From: Eledone cirrhosa
Taxonomy: Eukaryota
Length of the DNA: 64,000 bases
Reading direction: 5' to 3'
NCBI GenBank assembly: GCA_964016885.1
Contig: OZ024743.1
Coordinates: forward strand, 344,658,001 to 344,722,000
Below the pieces are notes generated by a model. That model was not told where the DNA came from. It searched no databases and saw nothing but the letters and a program-made list of their open reading frames with translations. This document shows, piece after piece, positions 39,950 to 53,115 of the stretch. The stretch's first letter is position 1. Every line of letters starts with the position of its first letter. Made by a program: the position numbers and the translations under genes.

Positions 39950-42900
39950 TGTGCGTGCTGAACTCTGAGTCTTTCCGCTGGGAACAACCCCTTGTCCCCC
40001 CCCCCTTTTTTTCTTTTTTTGTGTACATCCATCGATTCACTCATTCATTTACTGCCATTCTACCTTCCTGTGTCTCCCCCTCCATACAGCCCCTTTTCGC
40101 TCTGGTTTTCTGGCACCTCCATATATATAGGTGAGCTATGCTGCCCCCTTACCAGCACTTTCCCTTTCACCCACACACGCCAGCCACCCACCCCTGATGC
40201 CGCTCGGTGCCCCAGTCCCCTGCCTCACGCCCCATCCCCCACCCCTCCAAATCGACACCTGCAGCACTTTCCGCACCACTAACAAACGGAAGAGGGGCCG
40301 GAACTGTTTCGGGTGCGGCTGCTTCCACCACCTCATCTGCGTTGGCTTGACTCGTTGAGCTTCCAATGCCCTCGCAGCGTGGAGGTGCAGGAGCTGCCTC
40401 TTCACCACGTCTTCCCAGCCACGGCCGTCTGGCACACCACCAGATGGGACAGCGAGATTGCCTGACGCCCGAGCCTCGCTGGTCAACATCGCTCGGCTCA
40501 GGCGGCTCCGGAAGATCCACTCAGGATCCCGACAGCGGCACGGGTGCCGGTGGCCAATGCCCTCGCTTCCTCGATTGAGAGCGCCCTGGACTCCAATCGA
40601 GCCAGTGACTGGGAGCGGCTGTTCTATTTCGCCCTACTCGACCTCGGCCTCCCCAGCTCTGACGCTGACCGGGGCGGCCGGTCAACAGCAGCCTTCGTCA
40701 AGGCCAATGTCTTGTCATTTGGGCGAGCGCCCATTCCAAGCGTGCCCAGGGACGCCACACCCCCCACCCGACCCCACCTGCTCCTTGTGGCTACTGATGC
40801 AGATATCATGTCCGCCACCAGGTCATTCCCAGCTAGCAGCAGCGGAGGTGTTGATGGTCTCCGACCAGGCCACCTCAAGCAGTTGACATCCCCCCTCTCC
40901 GCATAGGCGCCGCCTTCTGAGTGCAATTATGGCGCTCGCAAATAGTCTCATTCATGATGCCCTCGACCCTTACGCCCGAGGCCTCTTTTTTTCGGCCAGC
41001 CTCACCGCTCTCAGGAAGAAAGAGGGTGTCATACGCCCGATTGCTGTGGGCAATGTCTTCCGGAGGCTGGCTGCCAAAGTGATATGCAAGTCCGTCACAC
41101 ACGAACTGGGTGAGGAGTTTAGTCCGGTGCAACTGGGTGTCGGCGTGTCCGGTGAATGTGAGGGAGCCGCTCATGCAATCAGTCAGTTCTTCAGCAGCTG
41201 CCTATCGGTACCGGCATCCAGGGACTCCAGGCACCTCATTGTCAAGCTTGACATGAGGAATGCCTTTAACTCTTTACGCCGGGATCATCTGCTCGAGGCC
41301 TGCCTCAGCCGAGCCCCCCCCCCCCCTGCCTACCCGCTGGCCTACCTGTCATATGGAGCCCCGAGCATGCTCCTAGCCGCTGATACGGTCATACCCTCAG
41401 CTACTGAGGTCCAACAGGGCGACCCTTTGGGACCCTCCTGTTCGCCCTTGGTATTGACCACATCGCCCGGACAATCACGGCCCCTCTCAACGTTTGGTAT
41501 CTGGATGATGCTACGTTGGGCGGGCGGTCTGTCAAGACCTTCAATCGGTGATTGCTGCCCTGGCGGGAATCGGCCTCCAGGTCAACTCGGCCAAGTCAGA
41601 GGTGGTGTACGTCAGCCTCGATGCTGCGAGCTTTGCAGCCTCCATCTTAGACGTGTTGTCCATTCTCCGCCAGATTCAGGTGACCCCCAAAGAGGATGTA
41701 CTCATGCTCAGGTCACCGGCCCACCCGGCGGCCATCCTCTCCAACATCAGGTCCAGGCTTCAACAGCTCCAGACTCTCACGAGCTGACTGGGCTTGATTG
41801 ACGGCCACCCAGCTCTCTTTCTGCTGAGGAACTGCTTCGCCATGCCGAAACCCCTCTATACACTCTGCAGCGCCCCATGCTACACCCAGACATCTCTCCT
41901 CACTGACCTCGATACTTGTATCCGAGCAGCAGCCGAGGGGATATGCAACGTCAAGTTTGACGACATAGGGTGGCAACAGGCCACTTTACCGGTCAGGTAT
42001 GGCGGCCTTGGCATCCGGTCTCCGATTTCACTAGCTTTGCCGGCGTATCTTTCGTCGGTAACCTCATGCTGCGTCCTCATCAGCAGGGTTCTTCAAAACA
42101 CAACATAACCCTCTGTGTTCAGAGAACGTGAGGCCGCCTGTGAAACGTGGGACCGGCTGGGACTTAGCCCAGTAGACGTCCCTCCTCCTTCTCCCCCTGT
42201 TGACGTCAAGTCCCCCCTCCCAACGCACTGGGGATGCCATCCAGTGCAGCTTGGCCTCAGACAGGCTCACACGCCAGCTCCACCAGCACTTGCTTGTTTT
42301 CGTGCGGCCTCCAAACCCCACAGTGGTGCCTGGCTCCACGCCCTGTCCTCCTTCTCCACTGGCACGCAGCTAGAAACCTTAGCCTGCGAATCGGCGTTTC
42401 CCTGAGGCTCGGCCTCCGGATCTGCCAGCCACACCAATGTCGCTGCGGTTCCACCGTGGACTCTTTCGGCCTCCACCCGCTTTCCTGTCGCCACAGTGCC
42501 GGCCACATTCCACGCCATGCTGCCCTCAACGAGGTCATTAAGCATGGCTTGGACGCTGCAGGCTTCCCTTCCCAGCTCGAGCCGGCTGGATCGAGGGGAC
42601 AGCAAAAGGCCAGATGGTATGACCATCTTCCAGTTCCGCGGTGGCAAACCCCTCGTCTGGGATGCCACTTGCACCGACACTTTCTGCAGCCGCAACCTGG
42701 TGCCGTCTGCGACTGACCCAGGTTCTGCTGCACGTCGGGCTGAGGGGGCCAAACTCCTCAAATACCGGCCGCTCTCCGACAGGTTTGCGGTCGTTCCCCT
42801 GGCAGTGGAGACTTCTGGTGTCCTCGGCCCCAGGGCTACCTCTTTACTCACCACCATAGGCGCTGAGCGGGCCAGACGCAGGTGTGAGCCCCGCGAGTTG

Positions 42901-43067
42901 GAGTGGCTTTTCCAGCGCGTCTCCCTTGCCGCCCTCCGGGGAAACGCCTTCTCCATTCTGTCCGCCGGGGTTGTGGGTGGGCCCCATCGCGTAACAATAC
43001 ATTAGTTAAATACCATTCTTTCATCTGATACAACACAATAAAAGACTAAATGTTTAGAAAAAAAAAA
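39950..43067 (+). mobile_element. CRE-like non-LTR retrotransposon (single ORF, restriction-like endonuclease), near full length, inactivated
   Basis: GC-rich block with RT motifs RPIAVG, QLGVG, KLDMRNAFNSL, VQQGDPLGP and WYLDD (~41497), then ATLPVRYGGLGI, CRC..H.LSC zinc knuckle and RHAALN...KRPDGMT...WDATCTDTF...K..KY...PLAVETSG. AATAAA at 43037 and poly-A at 43057-43067. The 5' boundary is approximate. Confidence 0.9.
40131..43005 (+). pseudogene. Disrupted ORF of the CRE-like element (PHD-like finger, RT, CCHC, endonuclease)
   Basis: ORF pieces 40131-40358, 40544-40906, 40929-41436, 41548-41787, 41794-42108, 42115-42405 and ~42590-43005 are joined by stops and frameshifts. Confidence 0.85.
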
Positions 43068-43080
43068 TACTACATGCTTA

Positions 43081-43140
43081 TCTCCTTATAATATATAACC
43101 AGCAATTTCTCTGTCTGTCTGTCCGACAGTGGAAACACGT
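43081..43140 (+). mobile_element. Probable Helitron 5' end
   Basis: A|TCTCCTTATAATATATAA...TTTCTCTGTCTGTCTGTCC, the same pattern as at 44230, 44744 and 47761. Confidence 0.5.
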
Positions 43141-43387
43141 GCGCGCGCGGTTGCTATCTCTCTCTCTCCAGCTATCCCTCTCTTTTAGTCTGTCTGTTTC
43201 TCTCACTCTCACTCTTTCTCTTTGTAACACACTAACATTCCTCCCCTCTATCGCTGTGACGAATGGGGACATGGAGGAGGAGGAGGAGGAGGAGGAGGAT
43301 GAGGAGGAGGAGGAGAGAGTAACTTCGTCACTTCACCTCTGCCTTTCTTTCTCTCTCCTCTCACTCCCTCATTACGTAAAGACATTA

Positions 43388-43575
43388 GGGCGGTGGATTG
43401 GCAGAATCTGTAGAGAGTCGGACACCATGCTTCATAGCATGGAGTTACGTCCCTTTACAGTCTGAGTTCAAATACCGCCGAGGTTAACTTTGCCTTTCAT
43501 CCTCACGGGGTCGATAAAATAAAGTACCAGTAATGTACTGTAATTGCTGGCCTTGTGCCAAAAGTAGAAACAATT
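43388..43575 (+). mobile_element. tRNA-derived SINE (main family)
   Basis: Head, B-box, core and tail match the copy at 27018. Confidence 0.92.
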
Positions 43576-43694
43576 ATTAGAAACATTGCTTCATTTTTAC
43601 ATATCTAAGCATTAGTAAAATAACTAATAATTTCAAAAGTAATTTTTCAATTCCAATTGTTATGAACAGCAAAACATTAATAATAATTTTGTTC

Positions 43695-43725
43695 TAAGAA
43701 ATATATATACATTTCTGTGTGTGTA

Positions 43726-43762
<37 letters not shown>

Positions 43763-43860
43763 AAATATATATACATTTCTGTGTGTGTAATATATATATA
43801 TATACACACACAGAAATATATATATATACACACAGAAATATATATACATTTCTGTGTGTG

Positions 43861-43905
<45 letters not shown>

Positions 43906-43975
43906 CACACACAGAAATATATATACATTTCTGTGTGTGTAATATATATATATATATACACACACAGAAATATAT
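43695..43975. repeat. Minisatellite of hairpin units CACACAGAAATATATATACATTTCTGTGTGTG separated by TA tracts
   Basis: Four to five copies, each with the internal inverted repeat CACACAGAAAT/ATTTCTGTGTG. Confidence 0.85.
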
Positions 43976-44229
43976 GGGCATTTCTCTGTTTGTCTGTCTG
44001 TCTGTCCTTCCCTAAAACTCAAATGTAGGTGCTACAGAAATATTACCTTCCCCTTCCTTTCTCCACTTTGGTACTACCAAGAGAAACACTGTCGCTATAG
44101 AAACATTACCTTCCCCTCTCCACTGACTTTGGTCACTGAGGCCGAGGGAATCGCTGGTTGCTATAGAGACACCTTGTACAAGCCAGAAGTAACCAGTTCG
44201 AGGCGGTTCTGACTTGACACCATGCCAAG

Positions 44230-44743
44230 TCTACTTATAATATATAATGGGCATTTTTCTGTTTGTTTTTCTGTCTGTCCGTCTGTAAAAAATGCCAAGG
44301 AAACAAATAGACGCGGTTTCAAATCTCTATGCTTTTCAAATTCATTACATTAACCTTTATTTATACGTTTCGCTTTACGAGTGTTTCGACTTACGAGTGT
44401 TTCGGCGTACGAGTGTTTCGGCTTATCATTATATATAAACGTTTCTATTTCCATCGTTTTATCGTAAACGTTTATATATTTCCATCGTTATATCATAACG
44501 TTTATGTATCATAACGTTTATATTTCCGTCACTAATCTCTTTTTCTCCTTTTTCGTTTTAACATATATTTATTTCAAAGATTTCACCGTATAGATAACAT
44601 ATATATTTATACATGCATAAAAGACACACCGAGAGACGGTGAACATGTGGTGCCGAAAACATTTCTTATCCAAATCTCAACAATATCAGTATATACACTA
44701 GATTTGCTAGCAGAAAACCGCCCACCGGGTGCCTTTCTGCTAG
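44230..44743 (+). mobile_element. Non-autonomous Helitron-like element
   Basis: 5' TCTACTTATAATATATAA...CTGTCTGTCCGTCTG; 3' GC-rich CCGCCCACCGGGTG followed by CTGCTAG|T. Confidence 0.6.
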
Positions 44744-45332
44744 TCTATATATATAAAACTGAGGATGTCTGTCTGTGTGTGTGTGTGTGTGTTTGAATCC
44801 CTAAAACTAGAGAAACACCCAACCGACTGTTTTCAAACTTTACACATGTAATACTTATGTTTCAGGGAGTGTTCTGAGTAAAAAAGAATTTCAAATTTTC
44901 AATGCCATAGGGACCGCTTTATGCGATTTAGCGATCTCTCTCTATAATTCTTAGTCTTTCTCTTTTTAGATAGATACATAGATATAACGTCGCGCCCTTA
45001 TAATATCTGTCTGTATGTCTGGCTGTCTGCATTACGTCATTTCCTACAATTCGCTCTGCGTCCAGAACGCGCCCTTATAATATCTATCTGTATGTCTGCT
45101 GCCTCCGGTTATTCCGCCACCCTTGCTCAAAACTAATCTCACACACATTCCCCAAACAGTTGGTAAGTGCACACAACTTCTTCCTCACGTTTTAAGCCAC
45201 AGAGTTGCTTACTTACGTACCACCAGACCCTTACTTCTTTGCCAGCCGTGGTTATGGCAATACTAAGCTTAGCTAAGGCGGTTATATATTTCACAATACC
45301 TTATCCCGTGCAACGCCGGGTACCACTGCTAG
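44744..45332 (+). mobile_element. Non-autonomous Helitron, in tandem with the previous one
   Basis: 5' TCTATATATATAAAACTGAGGATGTCTGTCTGTGTG; 3' hairpin CCCGTGCAACGCCGGG followed by TACCACTGCTAG|T. Confidence 0.8.
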
Positions 45333-45745
45333 TATACAATAAAAAATATGGGTAACCTCACTATCAAACAAAAATATTTTTCCCTAATGAAAAACATATT
45401 CTTCTCTATTTTTCTCTGTGAACAGGTCACAGAGTTCTCAGCACGGTCGAAAATGCTAGAGAGTGCTGTTTCAAGCTTTTTTTAATCTTTCATCAGTCAC
45501 ACTCACGCAACTGGTACTGACTTGGAAATTGATTAGAACTTATATAGAATTTTGTTTAGTGGATATTTGCTGGAGATGCTTATTCGCATTTAGAAAATAG
45601 AAAACCTTACTAACAACTTAGAGACATTTTCTCGGAGATAATCGAGAAAAACAATGTTTTCGTTACGAAAAATATCTTCTTTTTTAGGGTGGCTTCCAAT
45701 AAGTTTATCGATTATAAACATTTAGCATGCTTTTATATACACTCC

Positions 45746-45819
<74 letters not shown>

Positions 45820-45914
45820 CTGTATGTGTGTGTATGTATATAAATATAGTAATTGCTTCATCTTATCAGATGATAGCCGTTTCAACATCATCTCTATCTT
45901 TCCAGCAACTGATT

Positions 45915-46690
45915 TACAAGTTCTTTGTCACAAGTAACAGATGTATGCCAGTATGTTCTGGAATTTCATGTTGATGAACGTTCATATTGCGTTTTAACCT
46001 GGAGGTTCTCTTACATATCTTGCTACAAATTTGACAAGTAGTCACATCTGGAGGTGCAGGGAGATTTGTAACATAATCAGCCTCTATCATTGTCTGTTCA
46101 CGTGTTTTCATATGGTTTGAAAACCGGCTTTAGAGACAAGGTCACGGTGACAGAAATTACAATTCCAATAATCAACATTTCCAAGTCCTTCCAACTCGTC
46201 CTTTCTTAATACCTGCTTTAGCTCTCCTTTTGCTTTTTTTTTGTTTTATCCAATACTTGACATCCTGATTTAAATGTCTTTCTCCCTGTATTACGATTAA
46301 GAGCCTACTTTTCCCATTTATTTTTTTACAGTTTCCTTAATACAATCTTTAATACAGACATTTTACAGTTTCCTTAATACAATATTTGTACATTTTCTTA
46401 GGCTGTGGTCTGTTTCGTTGCACATGCTCACCATAAATTACTTCATTTGGAAGCCTTGCATCGTTCATGCTAATAAGATGACCCACCCAGAGCATCTGAG
46501 TCTTAATGAGAAGGGAACTGATTGTAGAGCACCTCGATCATTGTAAAACTTCAGTGTCAGGTGCCAGGCCTCCATTTAATTCCTAGGGTCTTCCCCGAAG
46601 GCACTTTTAGTGGAGTTTTTCAATTATCTTTAAATGATGTTGCTGAGTGTTCCATGCTTCACACCCATACACAAAACTGTAAGCACACAT
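45915..46690 (-). mobile_element. Decayed RTE (BovB-like) LINE 3' part
   Basis: Minus-strand peptides YGCEAWNTQQHHLKIIEKLH and SISSLLIKTQMLWVGHLISMNDARLPNEVIYGE, plus C2H2-like CQICSKICKRTSRLKRNMNVH. Confidence 0.75.
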
Positions 46691-47087
46691 GTATGCGAAT
46701 TTCGTATATCTAAATATATACGGTATGTTTCATAAATAAACATTTTGAAATTCACATACATGTATGTAGAGAGCTATGCCGAAGTTAAATTTTAATTCTA
46801 CTTTTAAGTTGAGCCAACTTATACAGCTTCATATGCAAATGAGGCTAATCAGCTGACCTACACAGGCGAAAATATTATATATTTTCACCTGTTTTCAAGA
46901 TCCAGCAGAGAGCAGGAAAGTACTGTCCTCATGAGTGCCAGTAACTCAAAATGTGCATAGACAGTTGTCCCTCGCTGGTTCTGTTGGAATCCGCTAGACG
47001 GCGTTCGTCATCAACTTTTCAATATTCATAGCTGGGCTTTCAAAATGTTTATTTATTAAACATACCGTATATCTTTCGATATGCGAA

Positions 47088-47181
<94 letters not shown>

Positions 47182-47376
47182 GCATACATATAATTACACC
47201 TATTAACAACTTGACTTAATCATGCATTACCATTGATTTGATAGATGGACACAATTGCGTATCATTCCTCAGATATAATAGGAAATTCGTTAGGGACTTA
47301 TCTACGTTTTTATTTAAATCTATTAAGCCAATGTTATTGCATAGAAATCAAACTATCAGTATAGACCCACGTGCAC

Positions 47377-47461
<85 letters not shown>

Positions 47462-47760
47462 TATGTATATATATTTAAAAAAAGTGGGTATTCAAAACAT
47501 AGAAAATTAACAGCAGTCGAACGCTATAAATATCAGATTAGAAAATCGCGTTAAATACCCTTAGATGTTGCAAAAGTGGTCAGTTACTGCTACTGAACAC
47601 ACGCTCCGTGGAAACCACCGTGCTGTACTAAACATTTTGTAGCTAAAAAGAGAAGTAAACAAATCTTGAATTGTCGAAACGGTGAATGATTTGAAATTTG
47701 AAAATGCCGGAATCCCAAACGGAGAAAATGACTGTAGCACCAGTCAAATTCTTTAAATTA

Positions 47761-47783
47761 TCTACCTATATATATAAAACAGA

Positions 47784-47826
<43 letters not shown>

Positions 47827-49514
47827 TCTGTGTGTGTGTGTGTGTGTGTGTCTGTTTCCGCATTACTTCTACACCTTGCAATCGGTTTTCTTCAAATTTG
47901 GCACAAACATTCGTTATGCTCCTGACCTTTGTACGAACTCCTTACATTTTAAAATTTGTGTCTACTGCACCCTCTATAAGAAGCTCCTCCTTGCAAAAGT
48001 TAGGCAGCATAGAGATATCGCAGAAGCTGTTGCCTCCTCTAGGATTGCTGCTACTTCGCTGCCCGGTGGCAGGACAGCGCACTCGACTTTTAAACTCACC
48101 CTGAATTTAGCAACATCTGAAACGCCTAACTGCAACATCAGTAAAAGCTCAAACTAGGGTCAGGTCCTCAAACAGTGTCATCTCACTGTGTGGGATGAGT
48201 TCACCATGGCACACAAAGGATCTCTGGAAGCAGTAGATAGAACCCTTAAAGATATCAGAGATTGTTATGCTCCAATGGGAGGTGTAACGCATCTGTTGTC
48301 TCGTGATTTCAGACAGACTCTTCCCGTCATTCCCAAAGGTACCAAAGCAGATGAAGTCCAGGCATGCCTTAAATCCTCTCCATTGTGGCGACACGTTACG
48401 ACCCTGACTCTTACCACTAACATGAGAGCTCAACTACACCGTGACCACATGTCCGCCAGGTTTGCACAGGACATTTTGAAACTTGGCGATGACAAGGTGC
48501 CTCTCGACGCTGCCGGAGAAATGGACGTCTGGCCATTTTGTACCATTCTGTGGAGCTGAAAGACCAAGTGTTTCCGAACTTGACAGAAAATTACCAATAT
48601 CACAATTGGCTGTGCGAAAGAGCAATAATGGTTCCAAAAGACATCGCCGTTAATAAACTCAACAAAATCCCGGATCACAATCAAGTGGTCAACTATCTTC
48701 CAGAATTTCTCAATTCATTGGAGCCTCCCGGACTACCTCTCCACATATTAGGACTTAAAGTTGGAACTCCTGCAATGCTGCTTAGGAATCTAGATCCGCC
48801 AAGACTGTGCAATGAGATACGACTGGTAGTAAAGAAAATGATGCCACAGGTTATCGAGGCAACAATTCTTTCTGGGTGTGGATAAGGTGATGACGCCTTC
48901 ATTTCAAGAATCCCTCTCATTCCATCAGGAGTAGAAATTCCCTTTTCATTCAGATGTCTGCAATTTCCAATTGATGTCAGCTTTGCAATGTCCATTAACA
49001 AATCCTAAGGTCAGACCCTGTCTGTGGCCGAACTCCTCTTGGAAGGGACATGTTTCTCACACGGACAATTGTACGTTGGGTGTTCCCGAGTGGGAAGCAG
49101 AGGAAACCTTTTTATATTTGCACGACACGGAAAAACAAAGAACATTGTTTACAACGAGGTGTTATAATCAAAAATACGAGGAGGAAGATAAGTATATACC
49201 TTTTATTGCACAACCCTGATTATTTCTTATTTCCCTTGCTAACCAAAATCAGTTTCTTTTGTCTTATGTAAAAGCCGTCAAAGAAGAGATGCCCCAATGG
49301 TTAACATACGGCGAGACAGTGAAAAGAATAGGACCAAGTCATTCTCAAACGCGATACTACAAAATGTTTTCTGTTCAGTTACTACTGATTCGTTGTTATC
49401 TGTACGTAATAAATAAAATAGATGACTCGATGGCTACTGGTTTATTCCATCCTAGCACTTCTTCCATTTGGGTTTTTATTACCAATCTCGAACAACGCCG
49501 GGATTCACTGCTAG
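47761..49514 (+). mobile_element. Internally deleted Helitron with a Pif1-family helicase remnant
   Basis: A|TC 5' end and AACGCCGGGATTCACTGCTAG|T 3' end. Peptides ASSRIAATSLPGGRTAHSTFK, WDEFTM, DFRQTLPVI, LTTNMR, LKVGTPAMLLRNL, FAMSINKS*GQT and FSHGQLYVGCSRV. Confidence 0.92.
47975..49167 (+). pseudogene. Helitron Pif1-like helicase domain, disrupted
   Basis: Most SF1B helicase motifs are present in order, with stops and frameshifts; the Walker A motif and Rep domain are missing. Confidence 0.88.
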
Positions 49515-49789
49515 TCGATTACACAATCCTTCTAGCGACTTTAAAAATTGACCAGGCGCCATCATGGTGAATTGAACTCCGAATTTCTTGAATACAGCGC
49601 GAGCGTGTTAACTATTAAGTACTACTGTGCTTCGATAATTTATAAGATTTGTTTACTCCCGACTCTAGACGAAAGCTGTTTAGAATAGAACATTAATTTA
49701 GACAAAATGTGTGGTCAATTGGCTATTAATGTATAATATATGATAATTTACATATATTACTATATGATTTATGGTACACTATAATATAT

Positions 49790-50110
49790 GTTGGTGTATC
49801 GGTTAAAGTGCTTTGTTAACGATCGTAAGACCGGGAGTTTGGTTCCCGTGGGTGCGTTGTGTCCCGGAGAAAGACACCTTATTTCATGTCACGCTAGTCC
49901 ATTCAGCTAGTAAAATGCGTTGTACCTATAATTCAAAGCGTCAGTCATGTCACACACTGTATGTAAATGAATCACTGTAAACTACGTCAAGGATACGTTA
50001 CTGGTGTCAGTGGAATGTTCATCAATATGTGTGAAAATTTCACGATCACGTTGTTCCGTTGTTTATAACAACTGGAACACTCGTCGTCGAAACTGATGGA
50101 GTCCCAACGA
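49790..50110 (+). mobile_element. Second SINE family, diverged
   Basis: tRNA-like head TGGTGTATCGGTTAAAG...GGTTCCCG, then AAGACACCTTATTTCATG. Confidence 0.55.
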
Positions 50111-50307
50111 TAGTTTAAAACATACATTCCTGTAGTGTTTTGTGTTATAGGAGGTTACATTGGCACTACTATTGGTGGTGGCGGTGATAGTTTTGGCAAA
50201 TGTAATATTTTAAGTAGAATATCGGTGTCGAGCTGTGTTCGTCATGTTGGCAGATATAAAGATGGCAATGATAGTGATGGTAGCAGATGTAGTAGTGGTA
50301 GTAATAG

Positions 50308-50461
50308 TTGTTTCTACTTTTGGCACAAGGCCAGCAATTATCCAGTAGATTACTGGTATTTTATGTTATCGACCCCGTAAGGATGAAAGGTAAAGTTAAC
50401 CTCGACGGGAATTGAACTCAGACCATAAAGGGACGTAACTATGCTGGAAAACATGGCGTCC
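50308..50461 (-). mobile_element. tRNA-derived SINE (main family)
   Basis: Reverse core TATCGACCCCGTAAGGATGAAAGG. Confidence 0.9.
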
Positions 50462-50861
50462 GTAATAGTAAAGGTAAATTTGACAGATGTAACAGTTAAA
50501 GCGTTGATGATGCAACTAGTAGTACTTTATGGAGTATTGGTGATACGGATGGCGATCGTGGGGATGTTTGAAATTGTAGTGTTAGTATTTGAGTCGTTGA
50601 TTGTGATGGTAGTGGAAGGGACGGTAGTAGTAGTGATGGTGGTGTGATGACGACGTTGATTGCTTGTACTGTATATCCTTACCTCGATATAACACAGGAT
50701 CAAACTTGGTGAATTAATTTACAGTTGCATTAAGAAGGAATGAAGCCATCTGGTCTTTGTCGGTGGATCGTCACGTAGTGTGTGCGATTGTGACGCGGCG
50801 AATGTGTATGTATTTGTTGTTTGTGTATTTATAGATAGGTATTCACACACACACACATACA

Positions 50862-50931
<70 letters not shown>

Positions 50932-51334
50932 TAAATAGATGCAACATGGAAGAATGTTTAGGAAGTTCGTCACGTAATCATTAGTCCCAGGTTCGATCCT
51001 ACTGCGTGGCACCGTAAGCTCTGGTCGACCAATGTCTTAAGAGTGAAACCATGTAGACGAAAATAGTTAGGAAGACCGCCAAGTGAACCGGAACTGGAAT
51101 TCAACCTCGTCATACGCTGAATTTACCTGAGAATGACATTGTGTCTGGAGAATGCTTTTACATAGGCATGGAGATATGCCTGTTTGTGTGTGAGAATGTG
51201 TGTCAGAGTGCATGAAGCGTGTAATTTTGTCATAAACATATCACCTGTGTGTTTGCCTTGAAAAGTTGTATACACTTTATATATTCGAAAACAAAACAAA
51301 AGGCTTTTCTCTTGAACTAAAAGCTTTTTCAAGT

Positions 51335-52195
51335 GTTCCTATCTGACCACTAACTGCAGCTCAATCAAAGAGACGAGCTGCCGAAAGACCTGTCTCACAA
51401 ACAGCAACCATACCTGTTCACCGCTTAAGAATATCTGGAAATGCCGTAGCTACAGTGCGTGTTTGTGCATTATTAGCCATGGCATGGCCAGCCCTCCGCG
51501 TAGAGGGTATTGGCAGCAGATGAACCGGCTCACCAGTGGAACCTGTCCCTTCCAGAAGAAGTTGAAGAGCAGGCACGCCAAATTGGTGAGGCATGAAAAG
51601 GGGCAAGACTCGATGGTCAGGTGGAAATAGATGAGAGACGCTATGTACGGGTTCGCCACCTTTGCCCTACCATTCAGGGATAACTTCCTCTCGGCCCATT
51701 TCTGGGTGAGAGTGGTCACCCTACTGGTCACTTCGTCTAAGTTCTTATCCGCCTAGAGATCTGCACAGAACAAGACCCTGAGCAACGTCACCGGTCCGTC
51801 CCTCCAGGGTCCGACTTCACTGATGAACGGTTTAAATTTGTCTCTTCAGGTGCCGAACTGCAAGCTCACTTACTTTTCCAGATTAATCTTAGCTCTCGCA
51901 AACCTTTCATAATCCTCTAAGAAGTTTCTGACCACCTCTATTTCCGAGGTTTTCGACCCATCACGGTGACGTAGTCCGCATATGCCCACACAGCCCTCCG
52001 GGATCTCGGTTCGAGTGGGATGACCTGCAAGATCTTCAACTTCCGCAGTTTGGCTAGAGAGTCTAGAAAGGAGGCGAGAGTGTACTCCTGACGGACCAAG
52101 CGCCTGATTTGGAACGATTCCGATATATGGCCATTTACTTTGACAACCGGGCCGGATGCCGCTGTGCATTGCAGCGATCCAGCTTCTGATGACGG
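51335..52195 (-). mobile_element. Tx1/L1-clade LINE RT fragment, disrupted
   Basis: VKVNGHISESFQIRRLVRQ, AYADYVTV, YERFARAKINLEK, WAERKLSLNGRAKVAN and FNFFWKG...RGGLAMP. Confidence 0.85.
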
Positions 52196-52518
52196 GACTA
52201 CATGTGTGTGCATGTGTAAACATAGTATAAATCAATTAGCTGTTAACCCTATGTAAGCCTTGCTAGTAGAAATTGCACATTCGTAAACAATACTTCTAGA
52301 TAAACATTACCCCTCTAAATTGAAGCAGTTACAGGCAGTGGTAATACCTGGGTTTGAGCATTTTACTATATTAGATGAAGTCCTATTATGTGCGTGGTAG
52401 AAAGTAGTGGAATATGATATTTTGACCGTATTTCTGTTAAATATTTTACTGCATTTATGAACTGGAGTGAAATGATTACTGATTAGTGTAAGAAGACACA
52501 CACATACGTGTGTGCGCG

Positions 52519-52567
<49 letters not shown>

Positions 52568-52798
52568 GTATACGTTCCTTACTCCACTCCTGTTTTTGTA
52601 TACGGTATATATAAACAGGAGTGGAGTATGGACCGCCACCTGCACTTCAAATTGATCACTGTACTTATTGCCAACTCTCACTCTGCTGGTTACTCATATA
52701 TACATGGCATGCACGGCCCTCACAAGCCATTTGTCTACACCTAGCTTCCCAAGTGACCCATCAAAGGCCTTTTTCCCCATCTACAAATGTTAAATGCA

Positions 52799-52846
<48 letters not shown>

Positions 52847-52929
52847 ATAATAATAAATTTGAAGACTAATATCCAAAGAGGGCTCGATAAGGATAAATAT
52901 ATATCAAATATATAAGAACCGTAGAGCAA

Positions 52930-53039
52930 ATATTTATTAAAATAACAGATTAAAGTTTAAGCAAAGAATCGTTGCTTTCACCCTTAACGTTAAGGGTGAA
53001 AGCAGCGATTCTTTGCTTAAACTTTAATCTGTTATTTTA

Positions 53040-53047
<8 letters not shown>
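52930..53047. repeat. Near-perfect 118-bp palindrome with no spacer
   Basis: Centre CCCTTAAC|GTTAAGGG; 59-bp arms with one mismatch; abuts (TA)n. Confidence 0.95.
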
Positions 53048-53115
<68 letters not shown>

